This document shows positions 22,853-32,591 of a stretch of DNA of 64,000 bases, piece after piece (the stretch's first letter is position 1; each line of letters begins with the position of its first letter). A program made the translations under genes and the position numbers. The notes under the pieces were generated by a model that saw nothing but the letters and a program-made list of their open reading frames with translations, did not search any database and was not told the origin of the DNA. The DNA comes from Bacillus sp. (in: firmicutes) (lineage in GTDB: Bacteria > Bacillota > Bacilli > Bacillales > Salisediminibacteriaceae): assembly GCA_021208645.1 (NCBI GenBank), contig JAJOJL010000086.1, positions 6,730 through 70,729 on the forward strand, written 5' to 3'.

Positions 22853-23500
22853 CTAGTATCTACTTCTCACGACTTGCCTTGTCACATTTACTACGTGATC
22901 AGCACTTCTTTCTAAATACCGGCTCACAAGAAGCAAGTTTGACAATGACTCTATATTCTCTGTGTCTTGTTTCATTTCAAGAACAAGTCTTTCTCGTAAA
23001 CGATGAAAATAATTATCCACTTCATCATCTTTAGCTTCAACAGATTTTGCATCAGTAATCGTTTTATCTTTTAACACCTCAATACTTTCCTTTAACATTG
23101 ATTCAGTTAGTTGACTCATTTCATGGATCATAACGTATATATCAGAATTTTCTTCAATCTCTAAGTATTGGCTTGTATCAGCAATGTTTACGGCATAATC
23201 GCCAATTCGTTCATACTCCCTTGATACTCGCATCATTGTAGCAAGTGCTTTTAATTCTTGAGGTAAAGGCGGCTGGATGATGATTAACTGAAGTACAGAA
23301 GAATGTATTTTTTCATCGAATTCATCTACTCGTTTATCTAATTTTAGAACTTCTTCCATTTTTTCATTATTTTGCTGTACTAATGATTCTACGGAGATGA
23401 CAATTTCCTTACCAGCAATTTCGGCCATTTGGACAATTTTCCGCTGTATTGCATCCATCGCATCTGTAAAGGTTCTTAAGTTTTCAGCCAATGGTATCAA
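22853..23500 (-). CDS. phoU: Phosphate transport regulator PhoU
   Basis: YERIGDYAVNIA, DDEVD, RYLERSADHVVN. Confidence 0.92.
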   Translation of the reverse strand: MIPLAENLRTFTDAMDAIQRKIVQMAEIAGKEIVISVESLVQQNNEKMEEVLKLDKRVDEFDEKIHSSVLQLIIIQPPLPQELKALATMMRVSREYERIGDYAVNIADTSQYLEIEENSDIYVMIHEMSQLTESMLKESIEVLKDKTITDAKSVEAKDDEVDNYFHRLRERLVLEMKQDTENIESLSNLLLVSRYLERSADHVVNVTRQVVRSRY

Positions 23501-23671
23501 CTCCTTCGTAAAAATTTTTGTAACAACTTCAAATAGCAGGTTTAAAATTAAGACTGGCCGAAGCCAGTCTTATAAAACAAACAAAAACTATTCCTATATT
23601 ATATTAGTAAATTAAATAATTTAGAACAGCGTTTACTCATTAGAGTTTATAGAAAAAAAGTTTCCTGGAAA

Positions 23672-23738
23672 TCACTTTGCTCGTCCCTGACAGGAGAAAC
23701 ACTCCCCTGCCATGGTGTTGCTCCACCTAAACTCACTG
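23672..23738 (-). repeat. Degenerate family B repeat copy
   Basis: Minus strand ATGGCAGGGGAGTGTTTCTCCTGTCAGGGACGAGCAAAG aligns with the copy at 62650-62693. Confidence 0.6.
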
Positions 23739-23835
23739 TTTAAATTCTACTATATTATAAAAACCCCATTACACAGAAGAAAAGTAATACTGCGCAGTGG
23801 AGTCATATTTCCACCTATTAATAATTCAGAAATAA

Positions 23836-24423
23836 TTAAATCCCCACATCCCATAATAGCGGATTCCCTACTGAAGTTGCTAATGCTCCTGCTGCTAATG
23901 CATCTAAAATTTCTTGCTTCTCTTTTATTAACCCTCCTGCAATGATAGGAAGATCCACTCTCTCCGTTAATTCATGGATAACACGGGGAATAATGGCAGG
24001 CAGTACTTCAATTGCATCAGGGCGCAATGTATGGTGCATGGCAACGGTGCGATCAAATGCATTATAATCAATTAAAAACGATCGTTGTATCGTAATTAAG
24101 CCTTCATCTTTTGCTAAAGGTATAAATTGACTCTTCGTAGTAATTATACCATCTGGACGCCATTTTCTAGCAACATAACGAATACCATCCTTGTTATTGG
24201 CCAATCCACCAATAAAGTCCATGTGCACAAAAACAGTTTTTCCAGCATCCTTTAAACGTACGATCTGATCAGGCACCGTAAGAAGATCACCCTTCATGAT
24301 AAATATCATATTTGAGTAACTATTAATGGCCGTTTCTATTAAATTAGAATAACTATCTGAATTAGAATTACCAATTGATGCAATCACTTGTGATTCCACC
24401 ATATCAACAATCGATTTCGTCAT
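23836..24423 (-). CDS. glpP: Glycerol-3-phosphate-responsive antiterminator
   Basis: VFVHMDFIGGL, DGIITTK, PDAIEVLP, PIIAGGLI; start moved to MTKS. Confidence 0.92.
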   Translation of the reverse strand: MTKSIVDMVESQVIASIGNSNSDSYSNLIETAINSYSNMIFIMKGDLLTVPDQIVRLKDAGKTVFVHMDFIGGLANNKDGIRYVARKWRPDGIITTKSQFIPLAKDEGLITIQRSFLIDYNAFDRTVAMHHTLRPDAIEVLPAIIPRVIHELTERVDLPIIAGGLIKEKQEILDALAAGALATSVGNPLLWDVGI

Positions 24424-24587
24424 TCTTACCAGTCCTTTTTTTAAGAATATTTCGAATTCACTCACGTACTTATATCTTATTATAATGAATTCAAAACTGG
24501 TAAGTAAAGAAGAGGTTGTCTCAATGGGTAATTTCCCAGTTGAGACAACCACTCATTTATTAATTAGTACCAATTTCAGTAACTCAA

Positions 24588-25931
24588 TTATTGATTAGCT
24601 CGACGATAGTTCTCAAGCTCTGTGTTAATCTCATCATGTACTCTGTTAATCGCTTCGATTGGATCTCCACCATCATGAATACTTTCAATTGCGTTTACTA
24701 CTCTTTCCCTAACTTCAGGGAATACGCCAATTAAAGCACCTTGCGTAGCAGGAGACAAAGTAGTATTTTGTAACTGCTCAACAGTCGTTAAGAACTGTGG
24801 ATATTCTTCGTAACGTTGCTGTAAATAAGGCTCATCGTATGCAGCTTTTGTAATTGGGAAATACCCTGTATCTGCAGCCCATTTCGCCTGAATTTCAGGT
24901 TGTGCTGAAAACTTCACGAATTCCCAAGCAGCTTTTTGTACTTCTTCAGGAATATCTGCCAAAATCCAAACTGACGCTCCACCTACAATAACCCCTTGTG
25001 GGTCCATACCGTCTGCTGTCGGAAGGAATGCCGTTCCAACTTCAAATTCTGCATTATTAATTGTTCCTGCTAACGAGGCAGTGGAGTCTAAGTACATTGC
25101 TACTGTTTCTCCTTGGAATGCTGCACGATGATCATCCCATGGACGACCGTAATCTCCTAATACACCATCAGCTTTCATGTCTGCTAACCATTGGAACCAA
25201 CGGGTTCCTTCTTCACCATTAATTAATGATTCAGTAGGCTCACCAGAACGACCGTTATCATTATTCACCAATAAGCCACCTTGGTTTGCAATCATTTGTT
25301 CTGTGAACCAACCGTTTGTAATAACAGAGAATCCATCTACACCACTACCAAAATGATCCACTATTTGTCTAGCTGCCTCATGAACTTCACTAAACGTACG
25401 AGGAGGGCTCTCTGGATCTAGTCCAGCCTCTCTAAACATATCTTTGTTATACACCATGATCGGATTAGAAGTGTTAAAAGGCATGGAGTAAAGTTTGCCA
25501 TCTACTTGGTAATAAGCCAAGATATTTTCTTCTAATAAAGAGATGTCAAAATTATCTTCGTCAATAAACGTTTGCATTGGCTCAACATAACCACTTTCAA
25601 TCATATACTTCGTACCAACTTCAAATACTTGTACAAGAGCAGGTGCTTCACTTGTGCCAGCAAGTTGGCGAAGCTGTGTCAATGATTCTTCATAAGTACC
25701 TTGGTAAATCGCTTCTACATGATATTCATCTTGGCTTTCGTTAAATGCTGCCGCCATCTCCTGTACTGATTCACCTAAGTTACCACCTAATCCATACCAG
25801 AAATCAACAATAATTCTTCCATCATCTGTTGTTCTTACTTCACTAGAAGAATTACCACAAGCTGCCATTGTCACAATTAACAAAATTGCCGCCACCAATA
25901 GCACTGAGTGTTTGAACCAACTTTTTACCAT
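24588..25931 (-). CDS. ugpB: sn-glycerol-3-phosphate ABC substrate-binding lipoprotein
   Basis: Lipobox MAAC, QVFEVGT, SMPFNTSNP, GGASVW, TGYFP. Confidence 0.85.
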   Translation of the reverse strand: MVKSWFKHSVLLVAAILLIVTMAACGNSSSEVRTTDDGRIIVDFWYGLGGNLGESVQEMAAAFNESQDEYHVEAIYQGTYEESLTQLRQLAGTSEAPALVQVFEVGTKYMIESGYVEPMQTFIDEDNFDISLLEENILAYYQVDGKLYSMPFNTSNPIMVYNKDMFREAGLDPESPPRTFSEVHEAARQIVDHFGSGVDGFSVITNGWFTEQMIANQGGLLVNNDNGRSGEPTESLINGEEGTRWFQWLADMKADGVLGDYGRPWDDHRAAFQGETVAMYLDSTASLAGTINNAEFEVGTAFLPTADGMDPQGVIVGGASVWILADIPEEVQKAAWEFVKFSAQPEIQAKWAADTGYFPITKAAYDEPYLQQRYEEYPQFLTTVEQLQNTTLSPATQGALIGVFPEVRERVVNAIESIHDGGDPIEAINRVHDEINTELENYRRANQ

Positions 25932-25960
25932 TTTCCATCCCCCTAAAATAATTTCATAAT

Positions 25961-26770
25961 TTATCCTTTCAATGCTCCTTGCATCAATCCTCTACGGATT
26001 TGTTTAATTCCAAGGAACAATAAAAGCAATGTTGGTATGAGGATAATAATTACACCAGCCATGATTGTATTCCATGAAGTAGCTGATTCTTGAGAGATCA
26101 TCATCCTAATTCCGATTTGAACCGTACGAGCATCATTATTACTCGTTACTAATAACGGCCATAAGTACATATTCCAAGTTGTTAAGAATGCATAAATAGC
26201 TAGTGCACTTAACATGGGTCCTGATAACGGTAGTGCAAAGGACCAGTAAAAACGAAAACGGGAACAGCCGTCAATTTGAGCAGACTCGAATAATTCCCGA
26301 GGAATTGTTTTAAAATGCTGCCGTAATAAGAAAATACCAAAGGCTGTTGTTAAAAATGGGACAGTTAATGCCAAATAACTATTTAGCCAACCTAAGTTTA
26401 AAATTGTAACAAAGTTCGGGATCATTGCTGCTTCCCATGGAATCAACAATGTTGAAATAAACAGGAAGAAGAAAAAGTTTCTACCTTTGAAAGGAACAAA
26501 TACAATCGCATAAGCTGCTAAACTACACAAAAGCAATTGACCAATTGTTACGGTTGATGAAACGATGAAACTATTAATCAAAAACTGTAATAACGGCACA
26601 TCTTGGAAGACACTAATATAACTATCAAAATTAATTGATGTAGGTATATACTGACCTCGACTCAATTGAGAAGGGGTAAGAAAACTTGCTAATAGAGCAA
26701 ATAATACCGGGAAAAAGATGATTAACGCCGATAAGGACAATAGAAAATAGACTAGTATTTTTTTCATCAT
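25961..26770 (-). CDS. ugpE: G3P ABC permease
   Basis: EAA motif ESAQIDG, WNMYLWPLL. Confidence 0.85.
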   Translation of the reverse strand: MMKKILVYFLLSLSALIIFFPVLFALLASFLTPSQLSRGQYIPTSINFDSYISVFQDVPLLQFLINSFIVSSTVTIGQLLLCSLAAYAIVFVPFKGRNFFFFLFISTLLIPWEAAMIPNFVTILNLGWLNSYLALTVPFLTTAFGIFLLRQHFKTIPRELFESAQIDGCSRFRFYWSFALPLSGPMLSALAIYAFLTTWNMYLWPLLVTSNNDARTVQIGIRMMISQESATSWNTIMAGVIIILIPTLLLLFLGIKQIRRGLMQGALKG

Positions 26771-27748
26771 TGGTAATGCACCTTCTTTTCTCCGACTTTA
26801 AACTGCAAGATCGTAACAATAAGAATGAAGAAAAAATAAAATGATCGCTTGAGCACTTGCAGTACCAAATCTAGAAAACTCGAAAGCTTCTTTATAAATG
26901 GAATAAACGATGATATTTGTTGCCTCATTAGGCCCCCCGCCAGTGAGGATATGAATCTGCCCAAACGATTGAAATGAATTAATCAGTGTTACGGTAATAA
27001 CAAAGAATAACGTTGGGGACAACAACGGTAAAGTTATTTTAAATAGTCGTTGAAAATAACCGGCACCGTCAATTAAAGCACTTTCATACAACTCTTGGGA
27101 GATACTTTGCAACCCACCAAGAAGGATAATAAAGTTAAAGCCAATCCCCATCCATACGGTGGTGACGGATACCGATACGAGGGCCCATTGTCTCGACGTA
27201 AGCCAAGCTACTCCTTCTATTCCAAAAACACTAAGTATATTATTAAAAACACCTAAACTTGGGTGGAACATAAACAACCATATACTCGCACCAGCAGCGA
27301 CTGACACACCTAATGTTGACGAAAAGACAACTCGGAAGAACTCAACTCCCTTAAGCTTTTCATTGGCTATAACAGCTAAAAATAATGCCAGCAACACGCC
27401 AGTAGGAACTGTGTACATAACAAACTTAAACGTCTGTATCATACTATTTTGAAAATTTGGGGATTGTATCAAATTAATATAATGTTCCAACCCTACAAAT
27501 AAGACCGTATCTCCCCTTGGATTTGTAATAAAAAAACTGTAATAGAGCGTTTTAGCCATGGGATAAAACAAAAATACTCCCAAAATCAAGATGGCTGGAG
27601 ATAAGTATATTAATCCTTCACCAAATAATTTCCATTCCTTTTTCCGTTTTTTAGTTCGTTTCTCCCTTTCAGGATCTGGAACTTGAGTATTGCTGCCATT
27701 GGATGTATCCGTTTTCATCCTCGGCTTCGAAGTTTTGGAAATACTCAC
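26767..27748 (-). CDS. ugpA: G3P ABC permease (C-terminal frameshift)
   Basis: LYESALIDGA, FQSFGQIHILTGGGP. Confidence 0.85.
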
Positions 27749-27844
27749 TTTATTACCCCCTTAGTAATATTCTAGTAAGCTAAGAAAAATAGAGAAAATC
27801 TCTCTACAACTTTTATATCCCTCTGATACTATAATCTCAATGCA

Positions 27845-27918
27845 AGTATAGCAAAATATTTATAAAGGATTATAAAGGATGTGTAAAAAAAATGTTATAT
27901 ATTTGTAGAATTTGTGAA
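27845..27918 (-). promoter_or_regulatory. Putative PhoP-type promoter of ugpAEB
   Basis: Minus-strand TTCACA/TCTACA/ATAACA/TTTACA at 9-11 bp spacing upstream of extended -10 TGCTATACT. Confidence 0.45.
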
Positions 27919-27941
27919 CATAAAATTACCGTCATTCATTG

Positions 27942-28703
27942 TTATATTTTTTGTCTTGATACTCTATCTAATGTGGTTTTTAATTTCCCAGGACAATCTG
28001 TTATAATGCCTGAAACACCTAATTCTATCAGTCTTTCATAGTCTCTTTCTTTATTAACCGTCCAGATAAATAGTTCTAATCCCTTTTCCAATGTAGAAGT
28101 AATATCCTCATCATCAATCATTTGATAATCTGGATGTAAGGAGTAACATGGAAGACTAAAAGTATCGATTAATTTCAAATGATTAATTAGATTAGAATTG
28201 TATAAGAGTCCTATTTTCACATTATTATCTAGAGTTTTCAACCTGTAGAGATTTTTATGATTAAAGGAAGAAATAACAACATTGTTTAACCTGTTTCTCT
28301 TTTTTAATATATCTAGTAATTTTTCCTCTACATTTGGCAAATGACTAGGTTTATATTTTAACTCTAAATTCAAGAAAATTTCTGATGGTACAAACTCCAG
28401 TAATTCCTCTAATGTCGGTATTTTTTCACCTTTAAAGTCTTCATGAAACCAACTTCCTGCATCCAATTGCTTTAAAGCGCTTACATCTGTCTCAGACACT
28501 TTGCCTGTTCCGTTTGTTGTCCTATGTAAATATTCGTCATGAATAATAACAAAATCCCCATCCTTGGATAGTTGAACATCTAATTCAATACCATCACAGC
28601 CTTGCTTTAATCCTAGTGAAAAAGCTGCCATCGTATTCTCTGGGGCTTGAGATGAAGCACCTCTATGGGCGATATTTAACGTTTTATCTAGTTGCACATA
28701 CAC
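27942..28703 (-). CDS. glpQ: Glycerophosphodiester phosphodiesterase
   Basis: AHRGAS..PENT, ELDVQLSKDG, HDEYLHRTT, WTVN, GIITD. Confidence 0.92.
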   Translation of the reverse strand: MYVQLDKTLNIAHRGASSQAPENTMAAFSLGLKQGCDGIELDVQLSKDGDFVIIHDEYLHRTTNGTGKVSETDVSALKQLDAGSWFHEDFKGEKIPTLEELLEFVPSEIFLNLELKYKPSHLPNVEEKLLDILKKRNRLNNVVISSFNHKNLYRLKTLDNNVKIGLLYNSNLINHLKLIDTFSLPCYSLHPDYQMIDDEDITSTLEKGLELFIWTVNKERDYERLIELGVSGIITDCPGKLKTTLDRVSRQKI

Positions 28704-28724
28704 CTTCTCCTTCCATTGTCACAT

Positions 28725-28831
28725 AAAAAAATAGAGATCACCTATTCTAAAAATCATTTCTAAATAAGCCCACTATACAGAAGACTGAAATAATTGTTAG
28801 AATGGGTGATCTCTTATACTCTACCCGTAAC
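28725..28831 (-). promoter_or_regulatory. GlpP-type attenuator (leader terminator) upstream of glpQ
   Basis: ACGGGTAGAG..AGAGATCACCCATTCTAA / TTAGAATAGGTGATCTCT stem plus T-tract just before the RBS; glpP in the same cluster. Confidence 0.7.
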
Positions 28832-28914
28832 AAATTTATTAAATTATGATGTTTACAAATTAAAGTTACCACATCAGCTTGGTTCAAGCAATAGTTTTTA
28901 TAAAAATTGTGAAA

Positions 28915-29402
28915 TTATTGTGACAATATCCAAGTTAATCCCTGGAAGGTAATAAATGTAAAGATAACCGTCCAAACAAATAAACTTGCTGTCATCCAAG
29001 TTAATATTCTTTGATTCTTCCCTTTTAAAGGCAATGATATGATGACTGCCAAATGCATACCAGTTATAAGTGGACCTGTCAGAGCTAAACCTGGAATCCC
29101 GTACTTTTCTAAGATCTTTCTGCCCTTTTGAAAACGTTTGTTACTCTGTTTTTGTTTCAATGAGTCAGTTTCACCTTGATCTGGATCTTTATCTGTTCGC
29201 GAGCGCTCCTCACGCCATTTTTTAAATTTTTGATAGCCAAAAAGAATTAAAAATAGGGGAATAAATTCCCTAGAAATGCCACGATCCCTACTAGTAGGGG
29301 ATTTATATTAAACCCGATACCAAGGGGTATAGCAAAAAATATTTCAACCCAAGGTATAGCAGACATAATAAATACGATTAATAAAATATAAATGTCATTC
29401 AT
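28915..29402 (-). CDS. Small multidrug-export family membrane protein (frameshifted)
   Basis: AIPWVEIFFAIPLG..GN and KYGIPGLALTGPLITG, joined across a frameshift near 29255. Confidence 0.7.
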
Positions 29403-29464
29403 CCGTCGTCACCTCACTATCTACCTTAAAACCACTATAACAAAAAATCACTTGTTTCATAAAG

Positions 29465-29652
29465 GAGGGTACTGAAAAAGTGGTGCATTTCCACCTTTTT
29501 CAATACCCTCGAAGCAATGAGCGTAGCCGTCACAATCTTTAAAAGCTTGATAGGATTGGGTTCCTCCTATCAGGCGAGTGACGAGCGAAGCCATTGCAAC
29601 AGCAATTTAAGGAGCTGAAAAAGTTGTTATGTACTTTTTCAGCGGTCTCCTC
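29465..29652 (+). repeat. Family B repeat copy 2 with flanking hairpins
   Basis: Core 29514-29597 GCAATG-AGCGTAGC-CGTCAC..GTGACG-AGCGAAGC-CATTGC; CTGAAAAAG/CTTTTTCA hairpins on both sides. Confidence 0.8.
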
Positions 29653-29778
29653 ATAAAGACATTAGTTTTCGTTATGTTATTTTCATTTAGTAAATAAAAA
29701 AAACGACGCAACCCCTCGCTTCTTGCGAGAAACCACATCGTTATTCAAAAATTAAAAATATTACAAAATATGTAATTG

Positions 29779-29853
29779 TGGTGGAGCGTATCGGATTCGA
29801 ACCGACGACCCCCACACTGCCAGTGTGATGCGCTCCCACTGCGCCAACGCCCC
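29779..29853 (-). tRNA. tRNA-Ala(GGC)
   Basis: GGGGCGT..CTGGCAG anticodon loop..GTTCGAATC..CCA. Confidence 0.95.
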
Positions 29854-29910
29854 ACAATATATATTTGACTAGATTTTAGACTGTATATGTGAAACTACTT
29901 ACAATAATGA

Positions 29911-29940
29911 ATTATAACGACATTATTAACATTAAGCAAG
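29911..29940 (-). promoter_or_regulatory. SigA promoter of tRNA-Ala
   Basis: TTGCTT-17-TATAAT. Confidence 0.6.
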
Positions 29941-30008
29941 TATTTTTTAAAATTTCTTGTCGAAAATGTGAAGAAAATATTATATTGAAATACCCTTATG
30001 TAAGTAAA

Positions 30009-30167
30009 TTAAAAAACAATAAACAGAATATACCAGATTAAGCCTGCAACAATTGCAGTTACTAAACCAGCCCAAATATTTTCTTTAATTAATTTCTTAT
30101 TTTTAACTGTATCAAAAATAACCCATCCAAAGAAAATTGTAATTGCAAAAATTATCGCTTCTACCAT
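30009..30167 (-). CDS. Small 52-aa two-TM membrane protein
   Basis: MVEAIIFAITIFFGWVIFD..ENIWAGLVTAIVAGLIWYILFIVF*; strong RBS GAGGAG; below the ORF-track cutoff. Confidence 0.7.
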   Translation of the reverse strand: MVEAIIFAITIFFGWVIFDTVKNKKLIKENIWAGLVTAIVAGLIWYILFIVF

Positions 30168-30384
30168 AACAAACTCCTCTCCTTCCTATCCTATTATAAT
30201 AGAGCGAAATTAAAAAGGGAATGGCAAAGGATGAACTAATGAAATTTACTACAACTGTAATCTCTTCTTCTATTACATCATTGCATGTAAACCCGTCTTC
30301 ATTATTAATAACAAGGATAGATGAATGAGAAGTACTTCCTTTTGTACATAATGGGTAAAAGACAGAATAAGAGGGGAGAAAATC

Positions 30385-31386
30385 ATGTTTCGTTTCGATT
30401 TCGTAGTAAATACTTATAGTAAATTCCACGGTTTAATGAAAATGACTGGCATCGTCCTTTTATTTATTTTTCTCGTTGGATATGTAATCCATTTCATTGA
30501 GCCTGATGCCTTTCCAAATTTTTTTGATGGAATATGGTGGGCAATGGTCACTATATCCACAGTCGGGTATGGGGACTTCGTGCCAGAATCCACTGCCGGC
30601 AGAATCATAGGCATGCTATTGATTATATCTGGTATTGCTTTATTTTCCTTTTTTATTACCAACCTGGCTAGCTCCACAATTTTAGCACGCCAGGATCGTG
30701 ATAAAGGGGGCACACACTATCATAAAGGTAGTCATTATATCATTGTAGGCTGGAATGAACGAAGTCACCAACTTATAAAAGAGATCCACAAAATAAATCG
30801 TCATATAAAAATTATTTTAATTGACGAAACGTTACAGCAACGTCCAGATGAATGCCCTAGTATTGTCTTTATAAAAGGGTCTCCTACAATGGACGAAACC
30901 TATGAAAGGGCTAATGCAAAAGAAGCTCATACGATTATTATTACGGCTAATCTTCATATTAATGAGCGGATTGCAGACGCCAACTCTGTGTTGACCCTAT
31001 TAACCGTAAAAGGCGTTAGCCCAGAGATTTATTCTATAGTAGAACTAGTAACAGCGAACCAAATAAAAAATGCGGAACGGGCAGGGGCCGACGAAATCAT
31101 CCAAAGTTCTGCTCATTTAAGCTTGTTAATGATGAATGGAATTCTATTCCACGGTATGACAGATGTGATTTCCCAAATGTTAAAGCATGGTAAGAATGAT
31201 CAGCTGGCCTTTGAAACCGTCCCGTCCCATTTGATCAATGAAAGCTTTCAGCAGGCGATTGAGTCGTGTCAAACCCCCGATAATTTTTTACTTGGTATTC
31301 GCAGGGGAAGTGAAACTATTTTACATCCAGAAAAGAGCTCAATTGTGTTAAAAGGCGATCTCCTTATTTTCTTTAAACGAATGTGA
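30385..31386 (+). CDS. yugO: Potassium channel with RCK domain
   Basis: Selectivity filter TVGYGD, IVGWN RCK domain. Confidence 0.9.
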   Translation: MFRFDFVVNTYSKFHGLMKMTGIVLLFIFLVGYVIHFIEPDAFPNFFDGIWWAMVTISTVGYGDFVPESTAGRIIGMLLIISGIALFSFFITNLASSTILARQDRDKGGTHYHKGSHYIIVGWNERSHQLIKEIHKINRHIKIILIDETLQQRPDECPSIVFIKGSPTMDETYERANAKEAHTIIITANLHINERIADANSVLTLLTVKGVSPEIYSIVELVTANQIKNAERAGADEIIQSSAHLSLLMMNGILFHGMTDVISQMLKHGKNDQLAFETVPSHLINESFQQAIESCQTPDNFLLGIRRGSETILHPEKSSIVLKGDLLIFFKRM

Positions 31387-31397
31387 GCAATTAAAAC

Positions 31398-31808
31398 TTA
31401 GTCACCTGTTCCCAAAATCACCTGCTCTAACTCCCGAACGTACTGTTTTCCTGTCTGTATCCATTCCGCTGGTATATGCGCATCTGGATTATCTGGTGCT
31501 GCAAATTGATTTATCAGCGGATTAGGGTCTTCTTCATTGTCATGGTCTAACCCACTTTCATATTGATGTGCAAGGAGAAAAGGCCGTCCTAGTCGTACCT
31601 CTACCCCCTTTGTATCTAATTCACCATTTACAGCAGTAAAAGGTAACCTTACAAATAAATAACTTCCTTCATCATCAAGCTTGTAGTCAAAGTAGCCATG
31701 ATCATATTCCCATCCCCCACCAATGACATATCCTAAAGGTTTTAATTTATTTTCTAACTCAATTAGTTTGTACTCTCGGTTTTCAATTGATGATGGTACT
31801 TCAATCAT
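31398..31808 (-). CDS. yugN: YugN family protein
   Basis: GYVIGGGWEYDHGYFDYKL; position next to yugO. Confidence 0.88.
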   Translation of the reverse strand: MIEVPSSIENREYKLIELENKLKPLGYVIGGGWEYDHGYFDYKLDDEGSYLFVRLPFTAVNGELDTKGVEVRLGRPFLLAHQYESGLDHDNEEDPNPLINQFAAPDNPDAHIPAEWIQTGKQYVRELEQVILGTGD

Positions 31809-32010
31809 GCAATTCCCTCCAATGTATTAATGATACTCTTGGTTAGCATAACCTAAACATAGGACAGCTATGAAAATGTCATTGAACATTACTCAAAAAT
31901 AATTAATAGGGTAGATTTGCCCCTTTGCCGCTTTGGAATATAATAATTGAATTATATGACAAATTGATGAATAATAAACTTAAGATAAGCTAGTAAAAGG
32001 GGTGGTTCAC

Positions 32011-32286
32011 ATGAACATAAAGGTTTTTGCTAATTATCGTGAAATATGCGGTGGGAAAGTAGTTCAGTTACCAATCGTTGAAGGACAATCAATTCAATCA
32101 GCATTAGATAATTTAATAGACAGGTTTCCACCTATGGAGGAAGAGTTATTTACAAAGGATCGAGAACTTAAACCATTGATTCATGTTTTTATTAACGGAA
32201 GAAATATTATTCACCTCGATGGACTAGAAACAAAACTAAAGACATCAGATGAGGTTGCTTTATTTCCACCTGTAGCTGGAGGTTAA
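32011..32286 (+). CDS. MoaD/ThiS/SAMP-like ubiquitin-fold sulfur carrier
   Basis: KVFANYRE..VFINGRNI..LDGLET..VALFPPVAGG C-terminus. Confidence 0.9.
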   Translation: MNIKVFANYREICGGKVVQLPIVEGQSIQSALDNLIDRFPPMEEELFTKDRELKPLIHVFINGRNIIHLDGLETKLKTSDEVALFPPVAGG

Positions 32287-32287
32287 A

Positions 32288-32554
32288 ATGAGGAAGGAAG
32301 CAACTATAGAGATAAGAGGGATCCACCGAAAAACAATTGTAAATTATGTAAGGGAGCTTGGAGGGGAAACGAGCAGTAATGATAAAGTCTTGACTGGACC
32401 CCATTGGGAATGTGTCGTTTCTCCACAAGAAAGCTTTCGCCTTTTCCAATCGGATATCCCAAAAGTTACTGTTACATTTTCTGCTTCTAACAAAGAGGTA
32501 CTTAAATCTATTTTGACAGAGTTTCGCAAAAAAACATTTCGTATCGGTGGCTAA
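32288..32554 (+). CDS. Small hypothetical protein ending in RIGG (DUF1952-like)
   Basis: Starts 1 bp after the MoaD-like gene; C-terminal FRIGG. Confidence 0.7.
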   Translation: MRKEATIEIRGIHRKTIVNYVRELGGETSSNDKVLTGPHWECVVSPQESFRLFQSDIPKVTVTFSASNKEVLKSILTEFRKKTFRIGG

Positions 32555-32591
32555 TTCTATTATTCATTACCTTAAGCACCCGATCTGGAAG

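Noticed and set aside
23672-23745. T-box or known riboswitch upstream of phoU
   Set aside because: No T-box or other consensus; better explained as a decayed family B repeat
29655-29780. Prophage or integrase at tRNA-Ala
   Set aside because: No integrase, phage gene or att duplication visible in the window
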